Shown: one piece after another, positions 1-14,600 of the stretch
How the letters are laid out: every line of letters begins with the position of its first letter
Position numbering within the stretch: the stretch's first letter is position 1
Source: Eledone cirrhosa
Taxonomy: Eukaryota
DNA: 64,000 nucleotides
NCBI GenBank assembly: GCA_964016885.1
Contig: OZ024740.1
Location: 440,572,001-440,636,000 of the forward strand
Direction: 5' to 3'
Notes under the pieces: generated by a model
Databases searched by the model: none
Told to the model about the DNA's origin: nothing
The model's input: only the letters and a program-made list of their open reading frames with translations
Translations under genes and position numbers: made by a program

Positions 1-3000
1 ATGCACGCGGCTTGGGGATGTCCTGGAAACAGGGCAAACTCTTAAATGACCTCAGGTCGCACAGAGTGGATGTACTGGTTATTTGAGAGTCCAGGATCAG
101 CAGCGAGCGCCAACTGGCCCCCATCTTCGACGACTTTGAGATCTACGCATCTCTCTGTCAGCCGAGTGGTGGGGGTGGGGTTGTCGTTCTGCTGCGAAAA
201 TACCTGGGTCTTGCCACACAGAAGGTACACCTGGACCCGGAGGGTCGACTGGTGGTTTTAGACGTCGGCAGTGGTGAAGGTGGAGCTTTCAGGCTGGTGG
301 CAGCGTATGCCCCATCTGGGACACCGCGACCGGACTTCTTCCGACGCCTGGAGAATTTCCTGGGAACGTCTCGCTCCTTGCTTTTAGTGGGGGACTGGAA
401 TGGTATCCTGGATGCACGCTGGGACTATGTAGGGGCATGTCCCGATAGAGGGGGGTGTAACAGCCTAAAACGATTAATCGGCCGATTTGATCTGGCCGAC
501 AGATATCGACTGGATTTTCCGACTGTGCCACGGTGGACGTGGAGTAATCGCAGCGGAACATCCAGGTTGTACCTAGATAGGTTCCTAGTTAGAAATAAGG
601 ATAGGGACATGTTAAGCTGTCCACGAATGTTCATGGTTGACTATTCGGATCACAAGTTGTTGACCGGAGTGGTCAACCTTGATAGAACTCATAGACAGGG
701 ACCCGGTTACTGGAAGCTAAACTTGTCTTTACCGACAAACAAAGCTTACAGTAAGAGGATTAGCACACTAGTTAAGCAGCGTTTGACGGGGGAAATTGTC
801 AACAACAGGTGGTGGGGCTCTCTCAAGAGAGAAATTAGAATAGGATCGATAGGTTTTAGTCGGGAATTAGCATCAGATAGGAATAGAACTGAAAGGGAAT
901 TAACAAATAGAGTAGAAGAGGCGATTAGGAGTGGCAACGTGGCCGGCGTGCTGGCGTCAAGAACGGCCCTAGACCAGTTCTTTGATGCAAAGTACGAGGG
1001 CTGCGTTGTCAGGAGTAAAATACGTGCTCTGGGTAACGAGGGAGCGAAAGCTGTTAGCTGGGCCCGAGTGACAGAGACAAAAAGTGGAAACAAGTCCACG
1101 ATTCGGTCTTTGAAGGACCAGGATGGACGCGTGATCCTTGAACCTAAGCGGATGAGCGCGGCCGTTCAACGGCGCTTTGCACGACTGTTCGGGAGGGGCG
1201 GCGGGCCGGGTGGGGCCATGGATTTCGGTCCATACCTCGACGGTCTGGCGCGGCTCTCGGACGGGGAGGCGAAGTCCTGCGAGAGGCCGATTTCAGCCGC
1301 TGAAATAGGGGAAGAGCTGAGCCAATGCGGCAAACGCAAATCTCCGGGTCTCGATGGTCTACCATACAAACTTTATGTAGCGATGCCGGGCTTGTTCTCC
1401 GGTCTCCTCGAGGCGGTCTACTGCAACTGGCAACAGAACGGGAGAATTCCCAGTTCTGTGACCAAGGGCGTAGTCACGCTGGTGAGGAAGGACGAGAACA
1501 AGGTGGATGACATAGATAACTTCAGGCCCATAACTCTGCTAAACACAGAGTTAAAGATTTTGGCCAAGGTGTTAGCGAAGAGGTTGGCGCTTGTCGACGG
1601 GAACCTGGTGGGAGTAGCGCAGACATGCGCAATCCCGTCCAGGTTCATACACGACAACCTCCACCTCATGCGATACATTGTAGAGAGGGTAGGGAACGAA
1701 CCCGGCTTTGGTGCGGCCCTGATCAACTTGGATCAATCTAAGGCGTTCGATAGGGTCGACCATCGGTACCTGGATGCGGTGCTCGCGGCGGCAGGCTTCA
1801 GACCCGTTTTCAGGGGCCGGTTGCTGCAATGCACAGCAGCAACACCTGCTCGAGGGTCAAGATGAACGGCTACCTCTCGGAGCCGTTCCAAATCACGCGA
1901 TCCATTCGACAGGGATGCCCTCTCTCCTCCCTCCTGTATGTGCTGGCTCTCGAGCCACTACTGAGGAAGCTGGAGCTATTGCAGGGCATCCCCTTGGAAC
2001 CGGGATTGCGGAAAGCGGTGTCGGCCTACGCCGATGACGTGACAGTAATGGTGTCGTGCGCCTCGGAAATCGGGCAGATCGGCACCTTACTGGAGGAATA
2101 TGAAAGGTTCACAGGAGCCAAGCTGAACCGGGACAAGTCCGTCGGTTTGCAACTCGGGACGTGGAGGGGCAAAACGATGCCCTCCGACGGCATCGTCGGA
2201 CGCTGGACGGAGGGACCGGTGAAGCTGATCGGGGTCTGATTCGGACCGGACCTCCAGGTTGAGAAAAACTGGGACGAGGTAACGGGAAAGGTGTTTGCAC
2301 TCGCCCAGAAGTGGGCCGAGTGCAAACTATCCTTGAAAGGTCGAGCGGAGGTGGCGAACGCTTATATAGCGTCCGTCATCTACTACCGCTTGACCGTCGT
2401 GCCTTGCCCAGAGAAAACACTCGCCAAAATGGAGCGCGCGCTCTTCCGATTTCTTTGGAAGAAGCGGGCTCCTTTGGTGAGAAGATCCATCTGCTGTCAA
2501 CACCCTTCGAAGGGAGGGCTGGGGATGCCGTGGCTGACGATGCGTAGACACGCATTAAGGCTACAGCACCTCCAGGTATTCCTCCCCGGTCAACCGGTGT
2601 GGGCCCTGTTTGTGATGCGAGCCTTTCCGAGACTCGTCTCACTCACCGAGCTGCAATCCTGGGTCAAGCAAAGACCGAGAAAAGTGGGCGACTGGCAAGC
2701 GGATCCGGCAATCAGTGGAGACTCAACCTCAACATTCTATAGAGGGTTGGTGCGCAGTAAGTGCGACGACGCTCTCGGAGAGGCTCTGGGCATGGAGGAA
2801 GACGAGCTGGCCAGTCTGTTCGGTAGGACGTTTGGCCCGGGACCGATGGACAACTTCCAAAAGTCCCTGGCTTGGCAATGTTACCGAGGACTCTACCCGT
2901 TCGGGACAAGCTCTACAGACACGGGCGCCCGGGTAGGACCAATCCGGTTGACCACCGAGAACATTGTCACAATCAAACCGCCTCCCCCTTTCAAAAACGA

Positions 3001-3485
3001 AGGAGAGACGGTTTTCCTCTGTGTGATAGCCATGGCGAAAGAAGTTGCATGGTGGACAAGGTTGAAAGGGCTGAGGTCAGACACCCATCTCTCCGGCCAA
3101 CAACTGGTCTTTTTTTTCAAGTACCACTTTAGAAGAAGGACCAGAATGGAGAGAGAGGTGCTCTACCCCAGCAAGTTTTATGAAAGATGGGTGAAAGTAG
3201 CGAGAATGGCCCGAGTGAATGGGCCTTCTCTCTATATCAGCCTGTAAGTGAGAGAGGAGAAGAATGAGAAGAGGAAGGAAGCACCCGCTCTTTGTGCTCC
3301 TGAAGAGGAGGGTTGCACATTTTTTTCGGGTGTGTGTGCGACCCATGTCAACCCCCCTCCCTATTGAGGACATCGATTGTTAAATTTAATTTGTTATATG
3401 TTTTTTACACGCCTTTTTAAATGTATGTAAACTCCCCCCTTTGTATTTGTCCCAATTTTTGATGCCCTGGTGGCAAATAAATAGA
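1..3485 (+). mobile_element. Tx1/L1-clade non-LTR retrotransposon, decayed ORF2 (APE endonuclease + RT) and 3' UTR; 5' part lies outside the window
   Basis: ORFs 252-1865, 1829-2239 and 2291-3247 give AYAP, GDWN, LDRF, SDH, GPGYWKLN, SPGLDGLP, NFRPITLLN, DQSKAFDRVDH, IRQGCPLS, YADD and GGLG. Frameshifts and stops are present. AATAAA lies near 3475. Confidence 0.93.
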
Positions 3486-3708
3486 AATATATATCAATAT
3501 CTATCTCTCCCATCTGTCTCTACATAACATGGCCATAAATAGCGGAGTATATACAGATATATGTATTTTGGTAGTTTAGGGAGAAAAACATAATTATTGG
3601 GGGGGGGGCACATAGCCCTCCTGCCATCCCCCAGTTCCACCGCCCCTGTTATATATATGTCTGTGTGTGTGGTGTATATACATACACATATATATATATA
3701 CATATATA

Positions 3709-3815
3709 TATAAGTTAAAACAATGAAATAAAAAATCAAGTCATTAGAGATATACTTCACTGAGTGAAGTATATCTCTAATGACTTGATTTTTTATTTCA
3801 TTGTTTTAACTTATA
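3709..3815. repeat. Perfect palindrome, ~53-bp arms, 1-nt centre (3762)
   Basis: tataagttaaaacaatg...gatatacttcact-g-agtgaagtatatc...cattgttttaacttata. Confidence 0.92.
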
Positions 3816-6800
3816 ATAATAATAATAATGAAATTATTGTGTACAGTGCTCAGGTGCACTACAACTCATCAAAGGTGCATGTATAATTCATAGAATAATG
3901 TACAAATGTCAGGAAAATGAACAGTGTATGAGTCATGATATAATAATAACAATAACAATAATAATGAAATATTGTGTACAGTGCCCAGGTGCACCACAAC
4001 TCATCAAAAAGTGCATCTACAGTACATAGGGCAATGCACAAACATCAGGAAAATGAACAGTGCACGAGTCATGATACACACATGTGTGCATGTGTATGGA
4101 AGGGGTACATCAGGTGTAGTTTTGGCGTATTTCGGGAAGCATGAGTGTCGTAAAGGATGCAGTGTCTCGGCAGTTAACAACTGACGCAGGCAGTTTGTTC
4201 CATGCTTCAGCAACTCTGAGCGTGAAAAAATGTCTACGAAAGTCATGGGAGCTGTGCTGTTTTCTGATTTTGTAGGCATGTCCACGTGTGTTAGACACAT
4301 GGAGATCAAAAAGGTGCTCAGGGTTGCAATTGGCGAGATGGTTAATAACTTTGTGGGTATTCACCAAGTCCATTGACAGACGTCGGAGCTTCAATGAATC
4401 CATGCCCAGGGAAGCAAGGCGTTCAGAGTATGGTAGGTGCCTGATGGAGGGTATGCGCTTGGTTACACGTCTCTGAACAGTTTCCAGGAGGTCAATGTTC
4501 TGAGCAAGATAGGGGTTCCAGACTGATGATGCGAATTCCAAGTGTGGTCGTAGCTGTATACAGTTTTAAATAGATGGCTGGAGAGCGGCTAACAAAGGTC
4601 TTGCTGAGTGATGCCAAAACACCCTCGGCCTTCTTGACAATCTTAGAGACATGCTTTGTCCAACGCAAATCGCTGCTGACAGTAATGCCCAGGTCACGTT
4701 CACAAGAGGACTTCTTGATATCAGTGTTGTGGAGGGAGTATGTGGACGTTGGATTCTTCCTCCCAAAATGCATGGTGGTACACTTGTCCACAGCCAGCTT
4801 CAGTTGCCAGTCTGTGATCCATTGTTGCATTGTGTCCAGGTCTGATTGTAGGAAAGAGTTGTAGATTTCAGGATCAGTCCTTTTGATTTCAAGGTACAGC
4901 TTGATGTCATCTGCATATTTCAGTACCGTGACATTCTGTAAGTTGGCATCTATGTCATTAATATATGCCACAAACAAAAGGGGACCAAGAACAGATCCCT
5001 GTGGTACACCAGATGACATCTCATATGGTGAAGAATGCTGTCCTAGAACCGTGACTACTTCTTTTCGGCTGAGAATGAAGGATTTCAACCAGTCGAAAAG
5101 ATCATCCCTCACACCCATTGCAGAGAGTTTTGCCATAAGTCTTTTGTGTGGCACATAATTAAAAGCCTTAGCAAATTCAAGGTAAACAACATCCACCCAT
5201 GAGCCGCTGTCAGTGATCCGGGTGATGTCTTCAAGGAACTCGATAAGCTGATCACAGCAGCTGGAGTTAGGGATAAATCCAAAATGTGAGGGCCGGATGA
5301 GGCTGTGAGAGCTCCAGAAGTTCCAAAGTGTTTCTCTGACACAGGATTCCATCAGTTTGGCCATACAGCTAGTAAGACTGACTGGACGATAGTTGACAGG
5401 TGACATGCGGTTACCCTATTTGAACAGGGGAATGACAGTGGCAGTTTTCCACTGCTCTGGAGTAGCACCATTGTTGAGACAGTATTGAAAGAAGAAAGAA
5501 AGCTGGCGCAAAAGGAAATACCCGCCACGTTTGAGAAGCAGGTATGTAACACCATCAAGACCAGGGGAGGCATAGTTGCGCTTATTCTTAAGGTGACGTC
5601 GCAACATTGCAGGTGTAAATTCCATAGTTGTTATGGAATTTTATGTTAGAGATGGTGGAGATGGTACATTCTGGTTTTCAACAGTAAAAATACTTGCATA
5701 GCACTCAGCAATGAGTTCTGCGCATTCTTTGGGATCGTCAGTGATCTGGCTTGTGTAGGGATTGCGAAGAGGACCAACAGGAGAGTGAGGTCTCTGCTAT
5801 GAATGAACATATTTCCAGATCACCTTACTGTCAGGATTGGTTGCTATGCACTGTTCAAATTCAAGCACTGCCTTCTTTGTCACTTGCTTGAGATGGTTAG
5901 AAGATTTATTCCTATTTTTTCTGTTGGCATCTGATTTATGCAGTTTATATTCCCGTTCAGCGTTCCGACGTTCTTTCCTGGCAAGTCGGACCGCTGAAGT
6001 TTCCCAAATTGCACTTTTGGGGTGGGGTTTTTTCTGCTTACGTGGCACAGATGCTGCACACACTATCCATATTGAGTCCAGGATGCTCTGGAGTATAGTG
6101 TTCACATCTCCAGAGTTATACATCTCATGCCAGTTTGGGCGCTGTAGCTCAGTGCAGTACAAGCTCCAATCTGCCCTCTTCCAATCAAAGCAAGCAGATT
6201 GGAGATGGCTCTGGTTTTTGTTGCTGCCCTCAAGTGCCAGATTGGCAATGATCAAAGCATGATCAGAGTCGCCTAGAGGTTCCTCAGTAGTACAACTGAT
6301 AACCACTTCAGGAGTATTGGTGAAGATCATGTCCAAAGTGTTGTCACCTGTTTTTGGAGAGGTGACTACTGTGACCAGTTTGAGTCCAGCACTAGTTCAA
6401 GGAAATCGTTTGCACCTTGTGGCCAACGAAAGGTTTCCCAATCGATCTCAGGATGGTTGAAGTCACCTGCAATAAACACATAAGTGGCTGTTTTCTTGGC
6501 AGCAACTCTGAGGATATCGCAAAGCTGTGTATCCTGATGGTAGTTTGGGGGGCGATAAACAACACCAAGCAGAAGTGTTGACATGGTCATACGTATGTCA
6601 CAGAAAAAAACTTCTTCCTGTGATTCGTTCAAATCAACGCAAGGAATTACCGAAAAGTTTGAACGAACGTAGACCATCACACCACCACCACAGCGATTAA
6701 TGCGGTCCTTGCGGAAAAGGTTGTACCCAGTAATGCTGAAAACCCCATCACAGAGTAAGGAATGTGCCCATGTTTCTGTGACTGTGATGAAGTCAGGGTC

Positions 6801-6875
6801 GATGCTTCTGACGTAGGATTCAAACAGATGTATCGTGTTGCATAAACTGCGAGCATTTAAGGACAACAATTATAT
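3816..6875 (-). mobile_element. CR1-group LINE, decayed ORF2 (APE endonuclease + RT) with 3' UTR and (TTA)n tail; 3' terminus present twice in tandem
   Basis: Minus-strand ORFs give LSLNARSL, ITVTETW, GGGV, VYRPP, GDFNHP, SDH, NYRPVSLTS, GVPQGSVLGPLLF, YADD, ERDLG and LETVQRR...NTRGH...WNKLP. Confidence 0.92.
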
Positions 6876-7002
6876 CATGACTCTGTTTTCCTTTTAATGT
6901 TTTATTGTTTTCCGGGATTTATCTTAACCTACAACATTTTCAACACATGGATTACATCGAGTTCTTCATGCAGAATAGACCTCACAACTTACTGTGGATA
7001 TA

Positions 7003-7004
<2 letters not shown>

Positions 7005-7080
<76 letters not shown>
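7005..7080. repeat. (TA)n microsatellite
   Basis: Direct reading. Confidence 0.95.
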
Positions 7081-7083
<3 letters not shown>

Positions 7084-7490
7084 TCTGCAAGTTTAAATAT
7101 ACAATACTGTATGACCTCATGTAACTTACTCTTCCTAAAACTTTATTTTACATTGATGTTTACATATACTCCGACTAGGATTTCATTAAACATTAATTGT
7201 ATATTTTAAATTTCTCTCTCTTAATAAGCTTTAATAAATTTTAGATATTTAATTATCCTGGTTTGATTCTCAGTAAATAATGTAAACAAATATACTCTGT
7301 TTTCATTGGTAAATAAGTATAGTGTTCCTAATTAAATAATTAATTATAGATATTTGAATATTGGTTTTCCTTATGCCATTAACCCTCTTATAGTCTAGTG
7401 ATAAACAAACCCAAATATTCTGCTTAAATGTTTAATATCCCTTAATTAAATACACTAACTAATTTGCTGCCACTATTATACATAACATTC

Positions 7491-7674
7491 GGGCAGTGGT
7501 TTGGCAGAATCGGTAGAGCGTCAGACACCATGTTTTGCAGCATAGTGTTACGGCCCTTTGCGTTCTGAGTTCAAATCCGCCGAGGTTAACTTTGCCTTTC
7601 ATCCTTACGAGGTCGATAAAATAAAGTACCAGTAATGTACTGGGTGATTGCTGGCCTTGTGCCTAAAGTAGAAA
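7491..7674 (+). mobile_element. tRNA-derived SINE (Meta-domain-like core) with 20-bp TSD
   Basis: A box tggcagaatcgg, B box gagttcaaatcc, core gcctttcatccttacgaggtcgataaaataaagtaccag. TSD cactattatacataacattc at 7471-7490 and 7675-7694. Confidence 0.88.
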
Positions 7675-7695
7675 CACTATTATACATAACATTCA

Positions 7696-7697
<2 letters not shown>

Positions 7698-7744
<47 letters not shown>

Positions 7745-7820
7745 GGTGGTGGTGGTGGTGGTGGTGGTGGTGGTGGTGGTGGTGGTGGTGGTGGTGGTGG
7801 TAGTGGTGGTGGTAGAAGTG

Positions 7821-7904
<84 letters not shown>

Positions 7905-7941
7905 TTAGTGGTGGTGGTGGTAGTAGTAGTAGTAGAAGTAG
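7698..7941. repeat. Compound (GTA)n/(GTG)n microsatellite
   Basis: Direct reading; explains the poly-Val and poly-Pro/Leu ORFs. Confidence 0.95.
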
Positions 7942-8200
7942 TTCGTCAGTTACGATGACGAGTGCTGCAGTTGATACGATCAACGCAACAGCCTACTTGT
8001 GAAATTAACGTGCAAGTGGCTGAGCATTCCAAAACCACACGTACACTATATGTAGTTCTCAGGGAGATTCAGCGTGACACAGATTATTACTAGGCTAGTC
8101 TTACAAGGCTGGTCTTACGGATTACTGGTACAACTCATTTTTGCCAACTGAGTGGACTGGAGCAACGTGAAGTAAAGTGTCTTGTTTAAGGACACAACCT
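7942..8200 (-). mobile_element. Second SINE-type fragment
   Basis: Reverse complement reads gtgtccttaaacaagacactttacttcacgttgctccagtccactcag, resembling a SINE central domain. Family assignment is from memory. Confidence 0.55.
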
Positions 8201-8247
8201 TGTGATTGTCAAGCGCATTCCCTAACCTGATCTCACTACATTATCGA

Positions 8248-8362
8248 TCTGAGTTCAAATCCCGCCGAGGTTAACTTTGCCTTTCATCCTTACGGGGTCG
8301 ATAAAATAAAGTACCAGTAATGCACTGGGTATTTTGCTGGCCTTGTGCCTAAAGTAGAAACA
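8248..8362 (+). mobile_element. 5'-truncated copy of the 7491 SINE with 12-bp TSD
   Basis: B box plus core; TSD attatcgatctg at 8240-8251 and 8363-8374. Confidence 0.85.
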
Positions 8363-8446
8363 ATTATCGATCTGTTAATCAGACATGAAGTGATTTGTCA
8401 AAAGAAATCAAGTGTTTGACCCAGTAATTTACTGAATCACACACAT

Positions 8447-8622
8447 TATATATATATGGGGAGTATGTATGTGTATGTGTGTATGTATGAGTATGTGTGT
8501 ATATATGTGTGTGTATGTGTGTATATGTGTGTGTATATGTGTGTGTATGTGTGTATGTGCGTGTGTATGTGTGTATGTGTGTCTATATGTGTGTGTATGT
8601 GTATGTGGGTATATGTGTGTGT
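8447..8622. repeat. Compound (TA)/(TG) microsatellite
   Basis: Direct reading. Confidence 0.9.
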
Positions 8623-8636
8623 ATTCTGCAATTTTA

Positions 8637-11600
8637 AATGTACAATACAGAATATACTAATATAACCAATAGTAGCTGGTAATGTACAATACAGTATGTA
8701 CTAATATAACCAATAGAAGATGGTAATGTACAATATAGTATGTACTAATAAAACGAATAGTAGATGGTATTGTACAATATAGTATGTACTGATATTACCA
8801 ATAGTAGCTGGTAAAATATAGTAAGAACTATTACCAATGGTGGCTGGTAATGTACAATATAGTATGTACTAATATTACCAATGGTAGCTGGTAATGTACA
8901 ATATAGTATGTACTAATATTACCAATAGTAGCTGGTAATGTACAATATAGTATGTACTAATATTACGAATGGTAGCTGGGAATGTACAATATAGTATGTA
9001 CAAATATTACCAATAGAAGCTGGTAATGTACAATATAGTATGTAATAATATTACTAATGGTAGCTGGTAATGTACAATATAGTATGTACTAATATTACCA
9101 ATAGAAGCTGGTAATGTACAATATAATATGTACTAATATTACCAATAGAAGCTGGGAATGTACAATATAGTATGTACAAATATTACCAATAGTAGCTGGT
9201 AATGTACAATATAGTATGTAATAATATTACCAATGGTAGCTGGTAATGTACAATATAGTATGTACTAATATTACCAATAGAAGCTGGTAATGTACAATAT
9301 AATATGTACTAATATTACCAACAGTAGCTGGTAATGTAAATATAATATGTACTAATATTACCAACAGTAGCTGGTAATGTAAATATAATATGTACTAATA
9401 TTACCAATAGTAGCGGGCAATGTACGATATAGTATGTACTAATATTACCAATGGTAGCTGGTAATGTACAATACAGAATGTACTAATATTACCAGTGGTA
9501 GCTGATAATGTACAATAAAAATGTAATAATATTACAAATGATAGCTGGTAATGTACAATATAGTATGTACTAATACTATCAATAGTAGCTCTTAATGTAC
9601 AATATAGTATCTACTAATATTACCAATAGTAGCTGGTAATGTGCAATATATTATGTACTAATATTACCAATAGTAAATGGTACTGTACAATATAGTATGT
9701 ACAAATATTACCAATGATAGCTGGTAATGTACAATATAGTATGTAATAATGTTACCAATAGTAGCAAGTAATGTACAATATTGTAGGTACTAATATTACC
9801 AATAGTAGCTGGTAATGTACAATATAGTATGTACTAATATTAACAATAGTAGCTGGTAATGTACAATATAGTATGTACTAATATTAACAATAGTAGCTGG
9901 TAATGTACAATATAGTATGTACTAATATTACCAATAGTAGCGGGTAATGTACATTATAGTATGTACTAATATTACCAATAGTAGATGGTCATGTACATAA
10001 ATAATATGTACTATTACCAATGGTGGCTGGTAATGTACAATACAGTATGTACTAATATTACCAATGGTAGCTGGTAATGTAGAATATAGTATGTACTAAT
10101 ATTGCCAATACTAGCTGGTAATGTACAAAAAGTATTATTATTACCAATGGTAGCTGGTAATGTACAATATAATATGTACTAATATTACCAATAGTAGCTG
10201 GTAATGTACAATATTGTATGTACTATTACCAATGGTAGCTGGTAATGTACCATATAGTATGTACTAATACTACCATTGGTAGCTGGTAATGTACAATATA
10301 GTATGTACTAATATTACTAATAGTAGCTGGTAATGTACAATATAGTATGTACGATTACCAATGTTATCTGGTAATGTACAATATAGTATGTACTAATATT
10401 ACCAATAGTAGCTGGTAATGTACAATATAGTATGTACTATTACCAATGTTGGCTGGTAATGTACAATTCAGTATGTACTATTATTCCCAATAGTATCTGC
10501 TAATGTACAATATGGTATGTACTAATATTACCAAAAGTAGCTGTTAATGTACAATATAGTAAGTACTATTATTACCAATAGTAGCTGGTAATGTACAATA
10601 TAGTATGTACGAATATTACCTATGGTAGCTGGAAATGTATAATATATTATGTACTAATAGTACCAATAATAGCTGCTAATGTACGATATAATATGTACTA
10701 ATATTACCAATAGTAGCTGCTAATGTACAATATAGTATGTAATAATATTACCAATGGTAGCTGCTAATGTACAATAAAGTATGTACTAATATTACCATTG
10801 GTAGCTGATAATGTACAATATAGTATGTACTAATATTACTAAAAGAAGCTGGTAATGTCGAATATAGTATGTACTAATATTACCACTAGTAGCTGGTAAT
10901 GTACAATATAGTATGTACGAATATTACCTATGGTAGCTGGAAATGTATAATATATTATGTACTAATAGTACCAATAGTAGCTGCTAATATACAATATAAT
11001 ATGTACTAATATTACCAATAGTAGCTGCTAATGTACAATATAGTATGTAATAATATTACCAATGGTAGCTGCTATTGTACAATAAAGTATGTACTAATAT
11101 TATCAATAGTAGTTGGTAATGTACAATATAGTATGTACTAATACCAATGTTGGCTGCTAATGTACAATATGGTATGTACTAATATTACCAAAAGTAGCTG
11201 TTAATGTACAATATAGTATGTACTATTATTACCAATAGTAGCTGGTAATGGACAATATAATATGTAATAATATTACTAATGGTAGCTGCTAATGTACAAT
11301 ATAGTATATACTAATCTTAAAATAGTAGCTGGTAATGTACAATGTAGTATGTACTGTTGCCAATGGTAGCTAGTAATGTACAATATAATATGTACTGATA
11401 ATACCAATAGTAGCTGGTAATGTACAATATAATATGTACTAATATTACCAATAGAAGCTGGTAATGTACAATACAGTATGTACTAATAATACCAATAGTA
11501 ACTGGTAGTGTACAATATAGTATGTACTAATATTACCAATAATAGTTGGTAATGTACAATATAGTATGTACTATTATTACCAATAGTATTTGGTAATGTA

Positions 11601-14600
11601 CAATATATTATGTACTATTACGAATGGTAGCTGGTAATGTACGATATAATATGTACTGATAATACCAATAGTAGCTGGTAATGTACCATATAATATGTAC
11701 TAATATTACCAACAGTAGCTGGTAATGTAAATATAATATGTACTAATATTACCAACAGTAGCTGGTAATGTAAATATAATATGTACTAATATTACCAATA
11801 GAAGCTGGTAATGTACAATATAATATGTACTAATATTACCAACAGTAGCTGGTAATGTAAATATAATATGTACTAATATTACCAACAGTAGCTGGTAATG
11901 TAAATATAATATGTACTAATATTACTAATAGTAGCTGGTAATATACAATATAGTATGTACTAATATTGCCAATTCTACCTGGTAATGTATAATATGTACT
12001 AATATTACCAACAGTAGCTCTTAATGTACAATATAGTATCTACTAATATTACCAATAGTAGCTGGTAATGTGCAATATATTATGTACTAATATTACCAAT
12101 AGTAGCTGGTAATGTACAATATAGTATGTACTAATATTAACAATAGTAGTTGGTAATGTACAATATAGTATGTACTAATATTACCAATAATAGCGGGTAA
12201 TGTACGATATAGTATGTACTAATATTACCAATGGTAGCTGGTAATGTACAATACAGAATGTACTAATATTACCAGTGGTAGCTGATAATGTACAATAAAA
12301 ATGTAATAATATTTCAAATGATAGCTGGTAATGTACAATATAGTATGTACTAATATTATCAATAGTAGCTCTTAATGTACAATATAGTATCTGCTAATAT
12401 TACCAATAGTAGCTGGTAATGTGCAATATATTATGTACTAATATTACCAATAGTAAATGGTACTGTACAATATAGTATGTACAAATATTACCAATGATAG
12501 CTGGTAATGTACAATATAGTATGTACTAATATTATCAATAGTAGTTGGTAATGTACAATATAGTATGTACTATTACCAATGTTGGCTGGTAATGTACAAT
12601 TCAGTATGTACTATTATTACCAATAGTAGCTGCTAATGTACAATATGGTATGTACTAATATTACCAAAAGTAGCTGTTAATGTACAATATAGTCTGTACT
12701 ATTATTACCAATAGTAGCTGGTAATGGACAATATAATATGTAATAATATTACTAATGGTAGCTGCTAATGTACAATATAGTATGTACTATTATTACCAAT
12801 AGTATTTGGTAATGTACAATATATTATGTACTATTACGAATGGTAGCTAGTAATGTACAATATAATATGTACTGATAATACCAATAGTAGCTGGTAATGT
12901 ACAATATAATATGTACTAATATTACCAATAGAAGCTGGTAATGTACAATACAGTATGTACTAATAATACCAATAGTAACTGGTAGTGTACAATATAGTAT
13001 GTACTAATATTACCAATAATAGTTGGTAATGTACAATATAGTATGTACTATTATTACCAATAGTATTTGGTAATGTACAATATATTATGTACTATTATCA
13101 ATGGTATCTGGTAATGTACAATATAGTATGTAATAATATTACCAGTAGTACATGGTAATGTACAAAACAGCATGAACTAATATTACCAATAGTAGATTGT
13201 AATGTACATTATATTATGTACTAATATTACCAATAGTATCTGGTAATGTAAATAGTATCTGGTAATGTAAATTATAGTAGGTACTGTTAACAATAGTAGC
13301 TGGTAATGTACTGTTACCAATAGTAGCTGGTAATGTACAATATAGTATGTACTAATATTACCAATGGTAGCTGGTAATGTACGATATAATATGTACTAAT
13401 ATTACAAATAGTAGCTGGTAATGTACAATAAAGTATGTACTAATATTAACAATAGTAGCTGGTAATGTACAATATAGTATGTACTAATGTTACCAATATT
13501 AACTGGTTATGTACAATATAGTATGTATTATTACCAATGGTAGCTGGTAATGTACAATATAGTAGGTACTAATTTTAGCAATAGTAGCTGGTAATATACA
13601 GTATAGTATTTACTAATATTACCAACAGTAGCTGATAATGTACACTATAGTATTTATTAATTTTAACAATAGTAACTGGTAATGTGCAATGTAATATGTA
13701 CTAATATTACCAATAGAAGCTGGTAATCTTCAATGTAGTATGTACTAATATTACCAATTCTATCTGGTAATGTATAATATAGTATGTACTAGTATTACCA
13801 ATGGTAGCTGGTAATGTACAATACAGTATGTACTTTTATTACCAATAGTAGCTGGTAATGTACAATAGAGTATGTACTAATATCACAAATAGTAGCTGGT
13901 AATGTACAATATATTATGTGTTGTTACCAATGGTGGTTGGTAACGTACAATATAGTAAGTACTAATATTAGCAATTGTAGCTGGTAATGTACAATATAGT
14001 ATTTACTAATATTAACAATAGTAGCTTGTAATGTACAATATAGTATGTACTAATACTAACAATAGTAGCTAATAATCTACAATCTAGTATCTACTAATAT
14101 TACCAATAGTAGCTGGTAATGTACAATATAGTATGTAGTAATATTACCAATAAAATCTGATAATCTACAATGTAGTATGTAATAGTATTACCAATGGTAA
14201 CTGGTAAGGTACAATATAGTATGTACTGTTACCAATGGTGGCTGGTAATGTACACTATAGTATGTACTAATATTAGCAATAGTAGCTGGTAATGTACAAT
14301 ATAGTATGTAGTAAAATTACGAATAGTAGCTGGTAATGTACAATATAGTATGTACTAATATTACCAATGGTAGCTGGTAATATACAATATAGTATGTACT
14401 AACATTACCAATAGTAGCTCGTAATGTACAATATAGTATGTACTAATATTTGCAATAGTAGATGGTAATGTACAATATAGTATTTACAAATATGACCAAT
14501 AGTCGCGGGTAATGTACAATATAGTATGTACTAATAATATCAATGTTAGCTGGTAATGTACAATATAATATGTAATATTACCAATGATGGCTGGTAATGT

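Noticed and set aside
7491-7590. tRNA gene
   Set aside because: A and B boxes are present, but there is no cloverleaf; it has a SINE body, a TSD and multiple copies.
7620-7645. SINE end (gtaccagtaatgtac) as the source of the 44-bp satellite
   Set aside because: Only about 9 nt are shared in AT-rich sequence.
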